Below are positions 27,473-37,969 of a stretch of DNA of 64,000 nucleotides, piece after piece. Every line of letters begins with the position of its first letter. Positions within the stretch are counted from its first letter, which is position 1. A program made the position numbers and the translations under genes. The notes beneath the pieces were generated by a model. It was not told the DNA's origin. It did no database searches and saw only the letters and a list, made by a program, of their open reading frames with translations. Origin of the DNA: Nitrososphaeria archaeon (GTDB taxonomy: Archaea; Thermoproteota; Nitrososphaeria; Nitrososphaerales; JACAEJ01). Location: the NCBI GenBank assembly GCA_029775925.1, contig JARVKB010000008.1:3394-67393 (forward strand). The letters are read 5' to 3'.

Positions 27473-27517
27473 ATCAAAAAGGTTATTGAAACACTTAAAA
27501 TACTTAACTCTATTATT

Positions 27518-27889
27518 TTATTCTTTAAACTTTAACTTATCCTTTAAAGATACGAGTTTCCCATCCTCTTTTATCATTATCTTTGTCTCTATACGTATGT
27601 CCATGCCTAAAGCTCTAAACAACCAGAGAAGCTCTCCTCCTGATATATAGCCCTTCAAAGATCCAGATTTGATCAATTCAGCAAGTTTTTTTACAATAAT
27701 CGCAGTATTCTTTGGATAATCTCTTTCAGCAATCATAAGGACTTCCTCTCCTCTATCTACTAATCTACTGAGCACTAAATCCCTAGATTCTTCTTCCTCT
27801 GTCTTCTTTATGAACTTCTTCTTTAACTCTAAAAGCTTTCTTGTTTTTAATAACTCTAAGTCTTTATCTTCTTCCATAAAAATCATCAT
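27518..27889 (-). CDS. PDCD5-like double-stranded-DNA-binding domain protein (tentative)
   Basis: The layout resembles archaeal PDCD5 homologues: LELLKTRKLLELKK, then helical repeats, then SGSLKGYISGGELLWLF. It overlaps the pdxT stop by 4 nt. Confidence 0.45.
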   Translation of the reverse strand: MMIFMEEDKDLELLKTRKLLELKKKFIKKTEEEESRDLVLSRLVDRGEEVLMIAERDYPKNTAIIVKKLAELIKSGSLKGYISGGELLWLFRALGMDIRIETKIMIKEDGKLVSLKDKLKFKE

Positions 27890-28536
27890 AAATTATCTTT
27901 GAGGATTTTATCCTTGAAAGGAGACTTTAGTATAGTATCAATAAAAAGCTCATGAAGCCTTATATCATCTGTCAACTCAGGATGGAAGGTAATACCTATT
28001 AGATTTTTTTGCTGAACTGCCACGATCTTTTCTTCATAGGTTGCAAGAATCTCGATTTCTTTGCTTAAAATTGATGCTATTGCCGGCGCTCTTATAAATA
28101 CTCCTGGAAAAGGATTCTTTCCTATTTTAGGTATTATTAGATTAGTCTCGAAAGATTCACGCTGTCTCCCGAAAGCATTTCTCACAACTTCTACATCCAA
28201 TAAACCTAAAGTCGGTTGGTTTGTCTCTCCTATTTTTGCATCACGAACTTTTTTGGCCATTAAAATCAAACCTGAACATGTGCCAAAAATTGGCAATCCA
28301 GAAAGAGCCGCTTCTTTTATCTTAGTAATGATCCCAAAACGTTCGGCCATTCTTCCTATAGTTGTACTCTCTCCACCAGGAATTATAAGACCGTGAATTT
28401 CATCCAAATGATTCTTTCTTTTGACCATTATTGCTTCTCCTTCTAAACCCATCTCCCTTAGGGTCAAATTTGTAATATCTATGTGCTCTGATACGTCTCC
28501 CTGAAGAGCTAATACGCCTATTCTTAAAGTCCTCAT
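27886..28536 (-). CDS. pdxT: Pyridoxal 5'-phosphate synthase glutaminase subunit
   Basis: IGVLALQGDVSEH, GGESTT, the catalytic Cys in GTCSGLI, and HPE near the C-terminus. Confidence 0.9.
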   Translation of the reverse strand: MRTLRIGVLALQGDVSEHIDITNLTLREMGLEGEAIMVKRKNHLDEIHGLIIPGGESTTIGRMAERFGIITKIKEAALSGLPIFGTCSGLILMAKKVRDAKIGETNQPTLGLLDVEVVRNAFGRQRESFETNLIIPKIGKNPFPGVFIRAPAIASILSKEIEILATYEEKIVAVQQKNLIGITFHPELTDDIRLHELFIDTILKSPFKDKILKDNL

Positions 28537-28544
28537 TTACTTTC

Positions 28545-29468
28545 TTACACGCCCCTTATTTGCATCATCTGTTCTGGCTTTAGAGTTTTAATGTCTATGC
28601 CTATCATCGACTTCTCTTCAGATATCATCTTACTTGCTTCTAGTACAATACTTGGATCATCCCAATAAGTAGTTGCTATTACTATAGCCTCAGCTCTTGT
28701 TGCAGGATCCTTTGACTTAAATATGCCTGAGCCAACAAAAACTCCATCAGCTCCTAAGTGCATCATTAAAGCTGCATCGGCAGGAGTTGCTATCCCTCCA
28801 GCAGCAAAATTTACTACAGGCAGTCTACCAAGTTTTGCTGTTTCTTTGACCAAATCTATAGGTACTCTAAACTCTTTTGCTATATCGAGCAATTGCTCCT
28901 CATTCAAACCCTTTAACTCTCTTATCTTACCCGTAACTAGTTTTATGTGCTTTACAGCTTCAGCAACATTTCCGGTCCCAGCTTCTCCCTTTGTTCTGAG
29001 CATCGACGCCCCTTCTGCTATTCTTCTTAAAGCCTCGCCTAAATCTCTGCAACCGTTTACGAAAGGCACCTTGAACTCCCACTTGTCTATATGATGAACA
29101 TCATCAGCAGGTGTAAGGACTTCACTTTCATCGATCATGTCTATGCCCAATGCCTCGAGAATTTTCGCTTCCATATAATGCCCTATCCTACACTTCGCCA
29201 TTACGGGTATTGTTACATGATCCATGACCTCTTGTATCCTTTTGGGGTCACACATTCTTGCTACTCCTCCTGCAGCTCTAACATCGGCTGGTAATTTATC
29301 AAGAACCATTACAGCGATCGCACCAGCATCTTCAGCAATCTGGGCTTGCTCAACATTAGTAACATCCATTATTACTCCTCCCTTTTGCATTTTTGCAAAT
29401 CCCCTTTTCAATCTAACAGTACCAAGTATTGGATTTTCCATCTTTGTTTTTATAGTTGTTATTGTCAT
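28545..29468 (-). CDS. pdxS: Pyridoxal 5'-phosphate synthase lyase subunit
   Basis: Highly conserved PdxS blocks [33 protein letters not shown] and [16 protein letters not shown]. Confidence 0.95.
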   Translation of the reverse strand: MTITTIKTKMENPILGTVRLKRGFAKMQKGGVIMDVTNVEQAQIAEDAGAIAVMVLDKLPADVRAAGGVARMCDPKRIQEVMDHVTIPVMAKCRIGHYMEAKILEALGIDMIDESEVLTPADDVHHIDKWEFKVPFVNGCRDLGEALRRIAEGASMLRTKGEAGTGNVAEAVKHIKLVTGKIRELKGLNEEQLLDIAKEFRVPIDLVKETAKLGRLPVVNFAAGGIATPADAALMMHLGADGVFVGSGIFKSKDPATRAEAIVIATTYWDDPSIVLEASKMISEEKSMIGIDIKTLKPEQMMQIRGV

Positions 29469-29739
29469 GGCTATTAACCTTTATAGTATCCTAACTAATA
29501 GTTCTTCCCTATTTATAAATTAGTATTAATTTATAAGATGATTCTTTAAAATTTTTTAGTTTTTGGTAACCTCTACTGGTTGCTTTATTTAATCAAAAGC
29601 TAAACCAGATCGTTTGAATTAGATAAAAAGACTTTATTTTCTGTAATATGAAAAATCCTTAAATAAACGTATGTGCAAAATGATCCTAAGAATTAGGAAA
29701 AAATTCAAAAAATAAAGAAAAATATATTATCCATATATA

Positions 29740-30291
29740 ATGTGTTTTGGCATGATTGAAATTAGATGGCATGGGCGTGGTGGGCAAGGCGCAGTAACTG
29801 CTACAGAATTGCTAGCTAAGGCTGCCATCAAGCAAGGATTATATGCTCAAGCTTTCGCTATGTTTGGACCTGAACGGCGAGGATCCCCAGTAGTGGCTTT
29901 TAATAGAATAGATAAAGAACCTATAGAAGTTAGATCCCATGTTTATGAACCAGATGTAATTATCGTATTGGATCCATTAATCATAAAAATTATAGATGTA
30001 ACTGCTGGCCTAAAGCCTAAAGGTACTTTGATAATCAATTCAAAATCTTCTCCTAAAGAGCTAAGTGAATTATTCCCTAATTTTAGAATAGCTGTGGTTG
30101 ATGCTACATCTATAGCTTTACAAAGATTAAATGTACCTATAACTAATACTGTTATGTTAGGTGCTTTTGCAAAGGCAAAAAGTGTAGTAGATATTAGTAA
30201 TATAGAGAAAGTTGTATTGGAAAGGTTTGACCAACTTAATGTTGAAGCGTTAAGAGAAGCTTTTGATAAGACAATAGTGTTGGAGGTATGA
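29740..30291 (+). CDS. porG: 2-oxoacid (pyruvate):ferredoxin oxidoreductase gamma subunit
   Basis: IRWHGRGGQGAVTA motif, 183 aa, first gene of a gamma-delta-alpha-beta cluster. The start may be the internal ATG at 29752. Confidence 0.85.
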   Translation: MCFGMIEIRWHGRGGQGAVTATELLAKAAIKQGLYAQAFAMFGPERRGSPVVAFNRIDKEPIEVRSHVYEPDVIIVLDPLIIKIIDVTAGLKPKGTLIINSKSSPKELSELFPNFRIAVVDATSIALQRLNVPITNTVMLGAFAKAKSVVDISNIEKVVLERFDQLNVEALREAFDKTIVLEV

Positions 30292-30578
30292 AGATGAAAA
30301 AGTTACCTAAGTGGAATGAAATGGAAGAAGGTTTTATAACTAGGATTTTATCTGAGTCTATTAACAAGACGGGTACTTGGCGTACTTTCAAGCCAATTAT
30401 AGACCAATCAAGATGTACTAAATGTGGTTGGTGTATCGTTTACTGTCCCGAACCTTGTATATATTATGAATCCAAAAAAGACAGTAAAATACTGATAGAT
30501 TATGATTTCTGTAAAGGATGTGGCATATGTGCTGAAGAATGCCCTGTTAAGTGTATAAATATGGTATTGGAGGAGTAA
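30288..30578 (+). CDS. porD: 2-oxoacid:ferredoxin oxidoreductase delta subunit (2x[4Fe-4S])
   Basis: Two cluster motifs, CTKCGWCIVYCP and CKGCGICAEECP. 96 aa. Confidence 0.85.
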   Translation: MKMKKLPKWNEMEEGFITRILSESINKTGTWRTFKPIIDQSRCTKCGWCIVYCPEPCIYYESKKDSKILIDYDFCKGCGICAEECPVKCINMVLEE

Positions 30579-31765
30579 AGTTGCAAATAATCGAACCTCT
30601 CACCCTATCAGGAAATCTTGCTATAGCTTACGCTGTAAAGCAACTCGATGTGGATGTAGTAGCTGCCTATCCTATTACTCCACAAACCACTATGGTTGAA
30701 AAAATTTCAGAATATATTTCAAAAGGAGAGCTTAAAGCAAATCTACTGTTGGTTGAATCTGAGCATTCAGCTATATCGGCATGCCTATCTGCTGCTGCTA
30801 GTGGAGCAAGGGTTTTTACATCTAGTAGCTCGCAAGGATTGCTTTTAATGCACGAAATACTCTTCATAACATCTGCTTTAAGATTCCCAGTAGTGATGGC
30901 CATAGCTAATAGAGCAGTTTCAGCACCTATAAACATATGGAATGATCACGGAGACATAATGCCTCAAAGAGATACAGGTTGGATTCAATTATTCGTAGAG
31001 TCTGCTCAAGAAGCTTACGATAAGGTCATTCAAGCATATAGGATAGCTGAAGACGATAAAGTGAGGCTTCCTATTATGATAAATATCGATGGTATAGTTT
31101 TGAGTCATACTTATGAGCCAGTATATCCGATTAGTGATTCAGATGTTGCTTCATTCTCGCCTTGGAATTTATACTCTCCACGTTTGGATCCAGATAATCC
31201 CATAACAATAGGTGCTTTCTGCTATCCTGATTACTATTTTGAGACTAGATACCAATCTTTAAAAGCATTGAACGATTCTCTTCCTATAATATCTAATGTG
31301 GATAAAGAGTTTGGTGAGCTGTCAGGAAGAAGTTATGGTATAGTATCTCCATTCAAGTGTGATGATGCTGATATAATTTTAATTTCTATGGGTTCCATAT
31401 CCATGACAGTTAGAGCAGCTGTAAAGAAACTTAGAGAAAAGGGTGAAAAAGTAGGAATGTTGAGTCTTAAACTTTTTAGACCTTTTCCTTCCAAAGAACT
31501 AATCAGATACATAAAGAATGCGAAGGCAATAGGTATCATCGATAGAGCCTTTTCACCAGGGGCTGTGGCAGGACCAGTATTTACTGAAGTAACCTCCGCT
31601 CTATATTTATCAAAGATGGATATACCTAGCGTAGACTTCTTCTTAGGGTTAGGAGGTAGAGATGTAAAGATGGAGGACATTAAGGATATTTTTAATATAT
31701 TAAAAAGAATAGTAAAAACCGGTTTGATTGAGAGGCATTCATACTATATTGGCTTAAGGGGATAA
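30551..31765 (+). CDS. porA: 2-oxoacid:ferredoxin oxidoreductase alpha subunit
   Basis: LSGNLAIAYAVKQLDVDVVAAYPITPQT N-terminal block. Start is either ATG 30551 (28-nt overlap) or TTG 30581, just after the porD stop and preceded by ggaggag. Confidence 0.9.
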   Translation: MYKYGIGGVKLQIIEPLTLSGNLAIAYAVKQLDVDVVAAYPITPQTTMVEKISEYISKGELKANLLLVESEHSAISACLSAAASGARVFTSSSSQGLLLMHEILFITSALRFPVVMAIANRAVSAPINIWNDHGDIMPQRDTGWIQLFVESAQEAYDKVIQAYRIAEDDKVRLPIMINIDGIVLSHTYEPVYPISDSDVASFSPWNLYSPRLDPDNPITIGAFCYPDYYFETRYQSLKALNDSLPIISNVDKEFGELSGRSYGIVSPFKCDDADIILISMGSISMTVRAAVKKLREKGEKVGMLSLKLFRPFPSKELIRYIKNAKAIGIIDRAFSPGAVAGPVFTEVTSALYLSKMDIPSVDFFLGLGGRDVKMEDIKDIFNILKRIVKTGLIERHSYYIGLRG

Positions 31766-31767
31766 AA

Positions 31768-32676
31768 ATGCCATTCAAGAGTATAAATGATATCATTGTT
31801 AAACAAGATTTCTTTAGTCCTGGGCACGGTCTTTGTGCTGGATGTGGTGCAGCTCAAATAGCTAGAATAGTGATGAAAGTAGTTGGTAAAGATAGCATAA
31901 TAATAAATTCAACAGGCTGCCTTGAAGTATCGACAACTACTTACCCGTGGACAGCATGGAAGGTTCCCTATATACATGTAGCTTTTGAAAATGCAGCAGC
32001 CGTCGCATCAGGAATAAGATCAGCTTACGATGCTTTAATCATGAAAAAGAAATTGAACAAGGATGTAAATGTTGTAGTTCTGGCTGGTGATGGTGGTACT
32101 GCTGATATAGGATTACAAGCCTTAAGTGGTGCTTTTGAGAGAGGAGATCGTATCACTTACATTTGCTATGATAATGAGGCGTATATGAATACTGGTATTC
32201 AAAGGAGTGGTGCAACGCCCTATGGTGCATGGACTACGACTAGTCCTTCAGGGCAAAGGACTTTTAAGAAAGATCTTATGGGAATAGCGATCGCTCATAG
32301 AGTTAAATATGCAGCTACAGCTTCGATAGCATACTTGCTGGATGCTGCCAATAAAGTCGAGAAGGCAATATCTATGAATGGTCCATCTTTCATACATTGG
32401 CTCCAACCCTGCACTATAGGATGGAGATTCGATCCAAAGTTAACTGTTAAGCTAAGTAGATTAGCAGTTAAGACAGGTTTATGGCCTCTTTATGAGTATT
32501 ATGATGGGGCTGTTAAGCTTACAGTACAAGTGCCCAAAAGAGCTCCAGTCCTTGAATATCTTAAGCTTCAGGGAAGGTTTAGACACATTATTAATAACAA
32601 AAATGAGTTAGTAAAAATTCAATCTTATGCTGATGAACTCGCTGCTAAGTTTGGATTAGGGCCTGTAAGCGAGTAG
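31768..32676 (+). CDS. porB: 2-oxoacid:ferredoxin oxidoreductase beta subunit (TPP-binding)
   Basis: CAGCG cluster ligand region and the TPP motif GDGGTADIG...NEAYMNTG. Confidence 0.9.
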   Translation: MPFKSINDIIVKQDFFSPGHGLCAGCGAAQIARIVMKVVGKDSIIINSTGCLEVSTTTYPWTAWKVPYIHVAFENAAAVASGIRSAYDALIMKKKLNKDVNVVVLAGDGGTADIGLQALSGAFERGDRITYICYDNEAYMNTGIQRSGATPYGAWTTTSPSGQRTFKKDLMGIAIAHRVKYAATASIAYLLDAANKVEKAISMNGPSFIHWLQPCTIGWRFDPKLTVKLSRLAVKTGLWPLYEYYDGAVKLTVQVPKRAPVLEYLKLQGRFRHIINNKNELVKIQSYADELAAKFGLGPVSE

Positions 32677-32789
32677 ATTTACATTATAAATTCAGATTCG
32701 TTATTTATTGGAAGACTTATATGCAAGGTTTGTTAATGGTATTTGATTACGCTTAAGGAATTAAATGGAATAATAAAGGAGGTGATAGT

Positions 32790-33911
32790 TTGCATAGCTC
32801 TGTTGTAAAGTACTATGTAAGACTTAAATTTGATGTAGAAGGTGTAGTGGAAAAAGCAGACCTGATAGGGGCCATATTCGGACAGACAGAAGGTCTATTT
32901 GGTCCTGAAATGAATCTCAACGAGCTTCAAAAAACTTGGAAGGTTGGGAGAATCGAGGTTAATTTAGAATCTAAAGGAGATAGAACTTATGGAGAAGTTT
33001 TGATTCCTATGTCTACTGATATTTCTACTGCTGCTCTAATAGCTGCTGCTGTAGAAAGTGTAGACAAAGTAGGTCCTTGTTCTGCACGCTTCACACTCAT
33101 AGGAATCGAGGACGTAAGAGAATCCAAGAGAAGAATTATAGCTGAAAGAGCTAAGAGCATCATAAAAGAGTGGGCTTCAAAATCTATAAGTGAAAGTGAA
33201 AAATTACTGAAGGATTTAATGGAAGTTGCTAGACGTGCAAAGCTTATTAGCTATGGAAAAGAGGAATTACCTGCTGGACCAGGAGTTTACACTTCAGATA
33301 CAATAATAGTTGTTGAAGGAAGAGCCGATGTAATAAACTTGCTAAGAGCGGGGATAGATAATGTAATCGCCATCGAGGGTGTGAAGATTCCTGAGACAGT
33401 AATAAAACTATCAAAAGATAAGAGAATCATAGCCTTCTTAGATGGGGATAGAGGTGGAGACTTAATATTAAAAGAACTTTCTCAAGTAATGAAAGTTGAT
33501 AAAGTCTTAAGAGCACCTCAAGGAAGGGAAGTTGAAGATTTAACACCTTTAGAAATTCTTGAGATACTTGGAAAGGAAGCACAAATACACACAATAGAAG
33601 ATACTCATTTAGATAAATTATCAGAAAAAGTCAAAGAAACTTTTCCTAGCATAAATGGTACGCTAGAAGCTATAATACTTGATGATAAGTTTGATCAAAT
33701 TGCAAGAGTTCCAGTTAACGAGCTTGTTCAACGCCTAGAGAGTGTTGAAGGTGCAAAATATTTGATCTTTGATGGTATAATAACCCAGCGCTTAGTAGAC
33801 TTAGCTTTAAAGATGGGATTGATTGCAATAGTTGGACATAGGATGGGAGATATAATAAAAAAGCCAACTAATATATTGTTAAAGACTTTCGATGAATTTA
33901 AAATAGAATGA
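32790..33911 (+). CDS. dnaG: Archaeal DnaG-like primase / exosome-associated TOPRIM protein
   Basis: N-terminal KYYVRLKFDVEGVVEKADLIGAIFGQTEGL block and TOPRIM motifs (VVEGRADV, DGDRGG). TTG start. Confidence 0.85.
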   Translation: MHSSVVKYYVRLKFDVEGVVEKADLIGAIFGQTEGLFGPEMNLNELQKTWKVGRIEVNLESKGDRTYGEVLIPMSTDISTAALIAAAVESVDKVGPCSARFTLIGIEDVRESKRRIIAERAKSIIKEWASKSISESEKLLKDLMEVARRAKLISYGKEELPAGPGVYTSDTIIVVEGRADVINLLRAGIDNVIAIEGVKIPETVIKLSKDKRIIAFLDGDRGGDLILKELSQVMKVDKVLRAPQGREVEDLTPLEILEILGKEAQIHTIEDTHLDKLSEKVKETFPSINGTLEAIILDDKFDQIARVPVNELVQRLESVEGAKYLIFDGIITQRLVDLALKMGLIAIVGHRMGDIIKKPTNILLKTFDEFKIE

Positions 33912-33918
33912 AAAATTA

Positions 33919-34980
33919 ATGATTATCCATAAGTTCATAAAAAATAAAGGAATAGTAAATCTAACCCTAGAAGATGCTGACGATCTTTGGTGTTTAAAAA
34001 GAATAATAGAACCTGGTGATTTAGTTTCTGGCGAAACCACAAGGGTTATAAAACATGAAGGATTTTATTCTAGACCGGATAAAGGAGAAAGAGTAAAAGT
34101 TAGAGTTACAATTAGTGTTGAAAGTGCAAAGTTCGACAGTAGTCTTGAAAGATTAAGAATATCAGGTAAGATTTTAGAAATATCAAATGATATAACAGCA
34201 AAAGGATCTTTTCATTCTATTATAGCTACGCCTAATTACACTCTGTCCTTAAAGAAAGATCATTGGAAGGATTTAGATCAGCGCATATTGAGTGAGAGTG
34301 TAAAAAAATCAGAACGTTTTATTATCGTTGCTATGGATATGAGAGAGGCTGGTATTGGAGTAATTAAAGGTACTCATCTCCAAATCGTTTCAACAATAGA
34401 ATCTGATCTAATGGGAAAACATTATAATGTAAAAGAAAAGCCATTAACCCTTTACTACGATCAAGTAGCACAGATAATTATATCAGCATATGAACCATCA
34501 ACGAGAATATTCTTATCAGGACCAGGTCATATAAAAAACTCCTTTGCTGATTTCTTATTAAAATTAAAAAGCGATTTGAAAGATAATTTGAGAATAATAG
34601 ATGGAATAGACGTTACAGGCGAAGATGGAATTTATATGATTCTTCGCTCCCCTCAATTCAAAAAACAGATGGAAGAGAGTAAATTAGTTCAAGTGTCTAA
34701 TCTATTAGAGCAAGCTATAAAGAGAATAAGTGATGGTGACAAAAAAGTAGCCTTTACATTTAATGAAGTAAAAGAAGCAAGTAAATTAGGAGCAGTAGAA
34801 TCAGTTTTAATATCCAACAAGATTTTTGATCATATAAGTGAAGATGATCTTGCAGAACTTCTCAATTCTGTAGAAGCTTTCCATGGTAAGAGTTACATGA
34901 TAGATTCGACAACAGAAATAAGTGCTCAGGTTATGGCATTAGGGGGAATAGTGGCTCTTCTTAGATTTTCTATTAAATGA
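33919..34980 (+). CDS. pelA: Pelota (aDom34) mRNA surveillance / ribosome rescue factor
   Basis: 353 aa with a three-domain eRF1-like layout. N-terminal block: LTLEDADDLWCLKRIIEPGDLV. Confidence 0.85.
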   Translation: MIIHKFIKNKGIVNLTLEDADDLWCLKRIIEPGDLVSGETTRVIKHEGFYSRPDKGERVKVRVTISVESAKFDSSLERLRISGKILEISNDITAKGSFHSIIATPNYTLSLKKDHWKDLDQRILSESVKKSERFIIVAMDMREAGIGVIKGTHLQIVSTIESDLMGKHYNVKEKPLTLYYDQVAQIIISAYEPSTRIFLSGPGHIKNSFADFLLKLKSDLKDNLRIIDGIDVTGEDGIYMILRSPQFKKQMEESKLVQVSNLLEQAIKRISDGDKKVAFTFNEVKEASKLGAVESVLISNKIFDHISEDDLAELLNSVEAFHGKSYMIDSTTEISAQVMALGGIVALLRFSIK

Positions 34981-35301
34981 CTATTTTACATTTTCATTCA
35001 ACCATGATAAGTAATTAGAATCAACATAATCTGGAGTTATTTCTAATATCTCAGGAACTTCGTACGGATGATTCTTTTTAATAAAATCTTTTAATCTCTC
35101 TATGCCTTTTTCCGTTGTCTTGAAAAGCATTAAGAATTCTTCAATATCTTCTATCTTTCCCTTCCACATATAAATCGATCTAACTTTAGTTATGTTTACA
35201 CAGGCAGCTAATCCTTCTTCTATAGAATCTTTAGCAATTTTCTCAGCACTTATCTGATCCGGGCATGTAGTAATTACTATCTTACACTTCATTTTTATCA
35301 C
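34981..35301 (-). CDS. cutA: Divalent-cation tolerance protein CutA
   Basis: 106 aa with AACVNI, W.G and HPYEVPEI motifs. Confidence 0.85.
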   Translation of the reverse strand: MIKMKCKIVITTCPDQISAEKIAKDSIEEGLAACVNITKVRSIYMWKGKIEDIEEFLMLFKTTEKGIERLKDFIKKNHPYEVPEILEITPDYVDSNYLSWLNENVK

Positions 35302-35338
35302 TATTAGATGATTTTAAGAAGTATATCAAGTCTCTCAA

Positions 35339-36616
35339 TCAAATCATAAGGTATGGTATAGTTATCATCATTATTATTAATGATAATACCATTATTGCTA
35401 CACTATAGGTGATTCGTCTTATGTTCCTTTCACTTAGCTTATTTTTTCCTAACACTTGTAATAGTACTTTAAAGGCTTGACCACCATCTAATGGATAAAT
35501 CGGCAAAGCATTGAATATGGCTAAGTTAATGTTGATGAACCATATCCAGAATAGTAAATTAGCAATAGGATAGAAAGCATTACCTAAACTTGATTTATAA
35601 AATACATACATAACATCAGAAAAAGGTACATTATTAGGTGCTAAAGTTGGTAAAAGAAAGTAGATTAAAGGAGACGTGCTTCCGATTTCTAAGTATGCAT
35701 TTAAAGGTTGGACTATATTCGTTAGGCTAACGCCTATTATCCCCCTTGAAGAGTTTTGTGGATCTTGAGCAAGTTTTATAGTGAAGTTCCTAATCTCTTT
35801 ATTATGGAAAATAGTCAAATTTATTGTCGTACCTGGCGATAAATTTTTAAGGATTTCATCAGCTTCTAAAATAGAATCTATTTGTACTCCGTTTATAGCC
35901 ATAATAATATCGCCAGGCATTATTCCTGATTCGTAAGCAGGGTAACCTTTCTGGACTCCAACTATTCCTATACCTGTTGCGAGAGGTACCATCGTGCTTA
36001 CTATTATCAATAATCCGAGAAGAGCTATCAATGCTGTTATTATGTTTCCTCCTGGTCCTGCTGCCATTACTCTTGATGAGTCTTTAGCCTTTGATTTTTT
36101 GAGCTCGTTCTCATCTACATCTACAAAAGCTCCAATAGGTAATATTAAGAATAATATTAGCCCGCTTGATTTAACTGATAACCCTAACGATCTTGCAAGT
36201 ATGCCATGCATCCCTTCATGAACCATTATCCCTGCTATCAATGCTATCCATCCGTAAATTATTGGAAGATACGGATTAATGCCAGGTAGTAGTAGGTTTG
36301 CCAAGGGTGTTATTTGTCCTGCAAAGCCTCTTAAAGTAGCGTTTGAGATAAAGGCTATTACTGTTCTTAATATAAGGTAAAAGCCTATAAATGCAACTAT
36401 AGGAAGAATGTATAAAAAGATCCATCCAAGTTTTTTGATGAACTTTAATCGAGATAGTTTATCAATAATTGAGAGACCTTTCTTAGTCCTTATTAAGATT
36501 AAAGGGAAGCTTATCTCAAATGTTTTTGCTTCTTTTCGATCGTATTTAGAATTATTTGCCAATAGTATTATAACCATCTGATTTACAAATAAATTTATTG
36601 AAAAATTTAATTTCAT
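35339..36616 (-). CDS. Site-2 protease (M50 family) with a PDZ domain
   Basis: HEGMHG (HExxH) in a TM helix, a central PDZ-like segment (GIMPGDIIMAINGV) and a C-terminal LPIYPLDGG motif. Confidence 0.8.
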   Translation of the reverse strand: MKLNFSINLFVNQMVIILLANNSKYDRKEAKTFEISFPLILIRTKKGLSIIDKLSRLKFIKKLGWIFLYILPIVAFIGFYLILRTVIAFISNATLRGFAGQITPLANLLLPGINPYLPIIYGWIALIAGIMVHEGMHGILARSLGLSVKSSGLILFLILPIGAFVDVDENELKKSKAKDSSRVMAAGPGGNIITALIALLGLLIIVSTMVPLATGIGIVGVQKGYPAYESGIMPGDIIMAINGVQIDSILEADEILKNLSPGTTINLTIFHNKEIRNFTIKLAQDPQNSSRGIIGVSLTNIVQPLNAYLEIGSTSPLIYFLLPTLAPNNVPFSDVMYVFYKSSLGNAFYPIANLLFWIWFININLAIFNALPIYPLDGGQAFKVLLQVLGKNKLSERNIRRITYSVAIMVLSLIIMMITIPYLMI

Positions 36617-36649
36617 TGTAATATTAAATTATTAAGGAGAAAATCGATA

Positions 36650-37588
36650 TTGCTACATATAAGATGCACTAAGTGTGGTAATAAAGCTATATATTATAGA
36701 GTTTACTCTGGTGAGAAACTTTGTAACGCTTGCTTCTGCTCATCCGTTATGGAAAAAGTGAAAAGAACAATCGCTAAATTTAATCTATTAAAATATGGAG
36801 ATAGAATAGGTGTTGCAGTTTCAGGTGGAAAGGATAGCTTAAGCTTACTCAAAATACTTAATGAGATATGTAAGCCTCATGCATCAAAGCTTTACGCTAT
36901 TACTATAGATGAGGGAATCTTTGGGTATCGTGAAGAAGCTATTGGAATATGTAAAAAATTCATTAAAGAGATTAATGTTCCTCATTATGTATTCTCATTT
37001 AGAAAGCTTTATGGATTTGGCCTAGATGATGTTATTAAGCTTAGAAAAAGTAAGATATCGGCTTGCTCTATCTGTGGGATTTTAAGGAGAAGAGCCTTAG
37101 ATATTGCTGCTAAGGAGTTAGACGTAAATGTTATTGCTACTGCTCATAACCTTGATGATATTATCCAAACCTTCATGATAAACATATTGAATGGAGATAC
37201 CGATAGAATAAGGTGGTTAGACCCTGAGATAAAGCCGAGAAGTGCATTCATTATAAGAAGAGTAAAACCGTTGATGGAGATTTATGAGAAAGAGATTGCT
37301 ATGTATGCTTTTCTTAACAATATTCCATTTCAAACTGTAACCTGCCCATATATGAATGAAGGAATAAGATCAGAAATTAGATTTATAATAAATGCTCTAG
37401 AAGATAAGCATCCAGGAGTAAAGTATAACATTTTGAATACTGCTATAAAAATTTCGCAAGGATTGTTTATGGAAGAGAGAGTGCTAATGGTTTGTAAATT
37501 ATGTAACTTTCCATCTTCCAGTGAATTATGCTCTGTATGTAAGATTTTAGAGACAATAAAGGGAAATATTATATATAAAAATCATTAA
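36650..37588 (+). CDS. tRNA 2-thiolation PP-loop ATPase (TtuA/NcsA/Ctu1 family)
   Basis: N-terminal zinc finger CTKCG...CNAC, PP-loop SGGKDS, central CSICG, and C-terminal CKLC...CSVC. TTG start. Confidence 0.75.
   Translation: MLHIRCTKCGNKAIYYRVYSGEKLCNACFCSSVMEKVKRTIAKFNLLKYGDRIGVAVSGGKDSLSLLKILNEICKPHASKLYAITIDEGIFGYREEAIGICKKFIKEINVPHYVFSFRKLYGFGLDDVIKLRKSKISACSICGILRRRALDIAAKELDVNVIATAHNLDDIIQTFMINILNGDTDRIRWLDPEIKPRSAFIIRRVKPLMEIYEKEIAMYAFLNNIPFQTVTCPYMNEGIRSEIRFIINALEDKHPGVKYNILNTAIKISQGLFMEERVLMVCKLCNFPSSSELCSVCKILETIKGNIIYKNH
37571..37580 (+). promoter_or_regulatory. Candidate TATA box for the SRP RNA gene
   Basis: atatataaaa is centred about 24 nt upstream of the first paired base of the SRP RNA. 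It lies inside the 3' end of the preceding CDS. Confidence 0.35.
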
Positions 37589-37598
37589 TAATAAACTT

Positions 37599-37917
37599 GC
37601 GGCGATAGGTAGGGCTGGGAGGATAGCCGTCTCCCATCCCTGAAAACGGCTATATGCAGGAGCCAGTAACCTATGGGTAAAGCATACTGATTAAGATACC
37701 TGCCAGTTGTGCATGGATGAAGTCACGCCGCGATGGGTAGTCACAAGAGGCGAATCCTTCGAAGGAAGGAGATCGACCTTCAACTGCCGAACCGGGTGAG
37801 GTCCGGGAGGGAGCAACCCTAAGGCAGGGTGGCTACGCTGTCGCGTCCACGTGATAGACCTCGCAGACTGGAGATAGGGCTTGATCAGTATGTGAGATCC
37901 ATAGGGGCTATCGCCGC
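37599..37917 (+). ncRNA. ffs: Signal recognition particle RNA (7S/SRP RNA)
   Basis: A ~319-nt GC-rich island. The 5' gcggcgatag pairs with the 3' ctatcgccgc (helix 1). ccgaaccgggtgaggtccgggagggagcaaccctaaggcag matches the universally conserved helix 8 (compare E. coli 4.5S AGGUCCGGAAGGAAGCAGCCAAGGCAG). A helix 6-like cgaaggaaggag is present. Confidence 0.85.
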
Positions 37918-37969
37918 TTAAAAGTCTTTAGATAAAAATATTAAGCAATTCCATAAAAGATTTCATGAT

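Noticed and set aside
37599-37917. I first considered RNase P RNA for this ~320-nt GC-rich structured element.
   Set aside because: The internal sequence aggtccgggagggagcaaccctaaggcag is the SRP RNA helix 8 consensus, and the 5'/3' ends pair as in archaeal 7S RNA. No RNase P P4/CR-I/CR-V type motifs were recognised.
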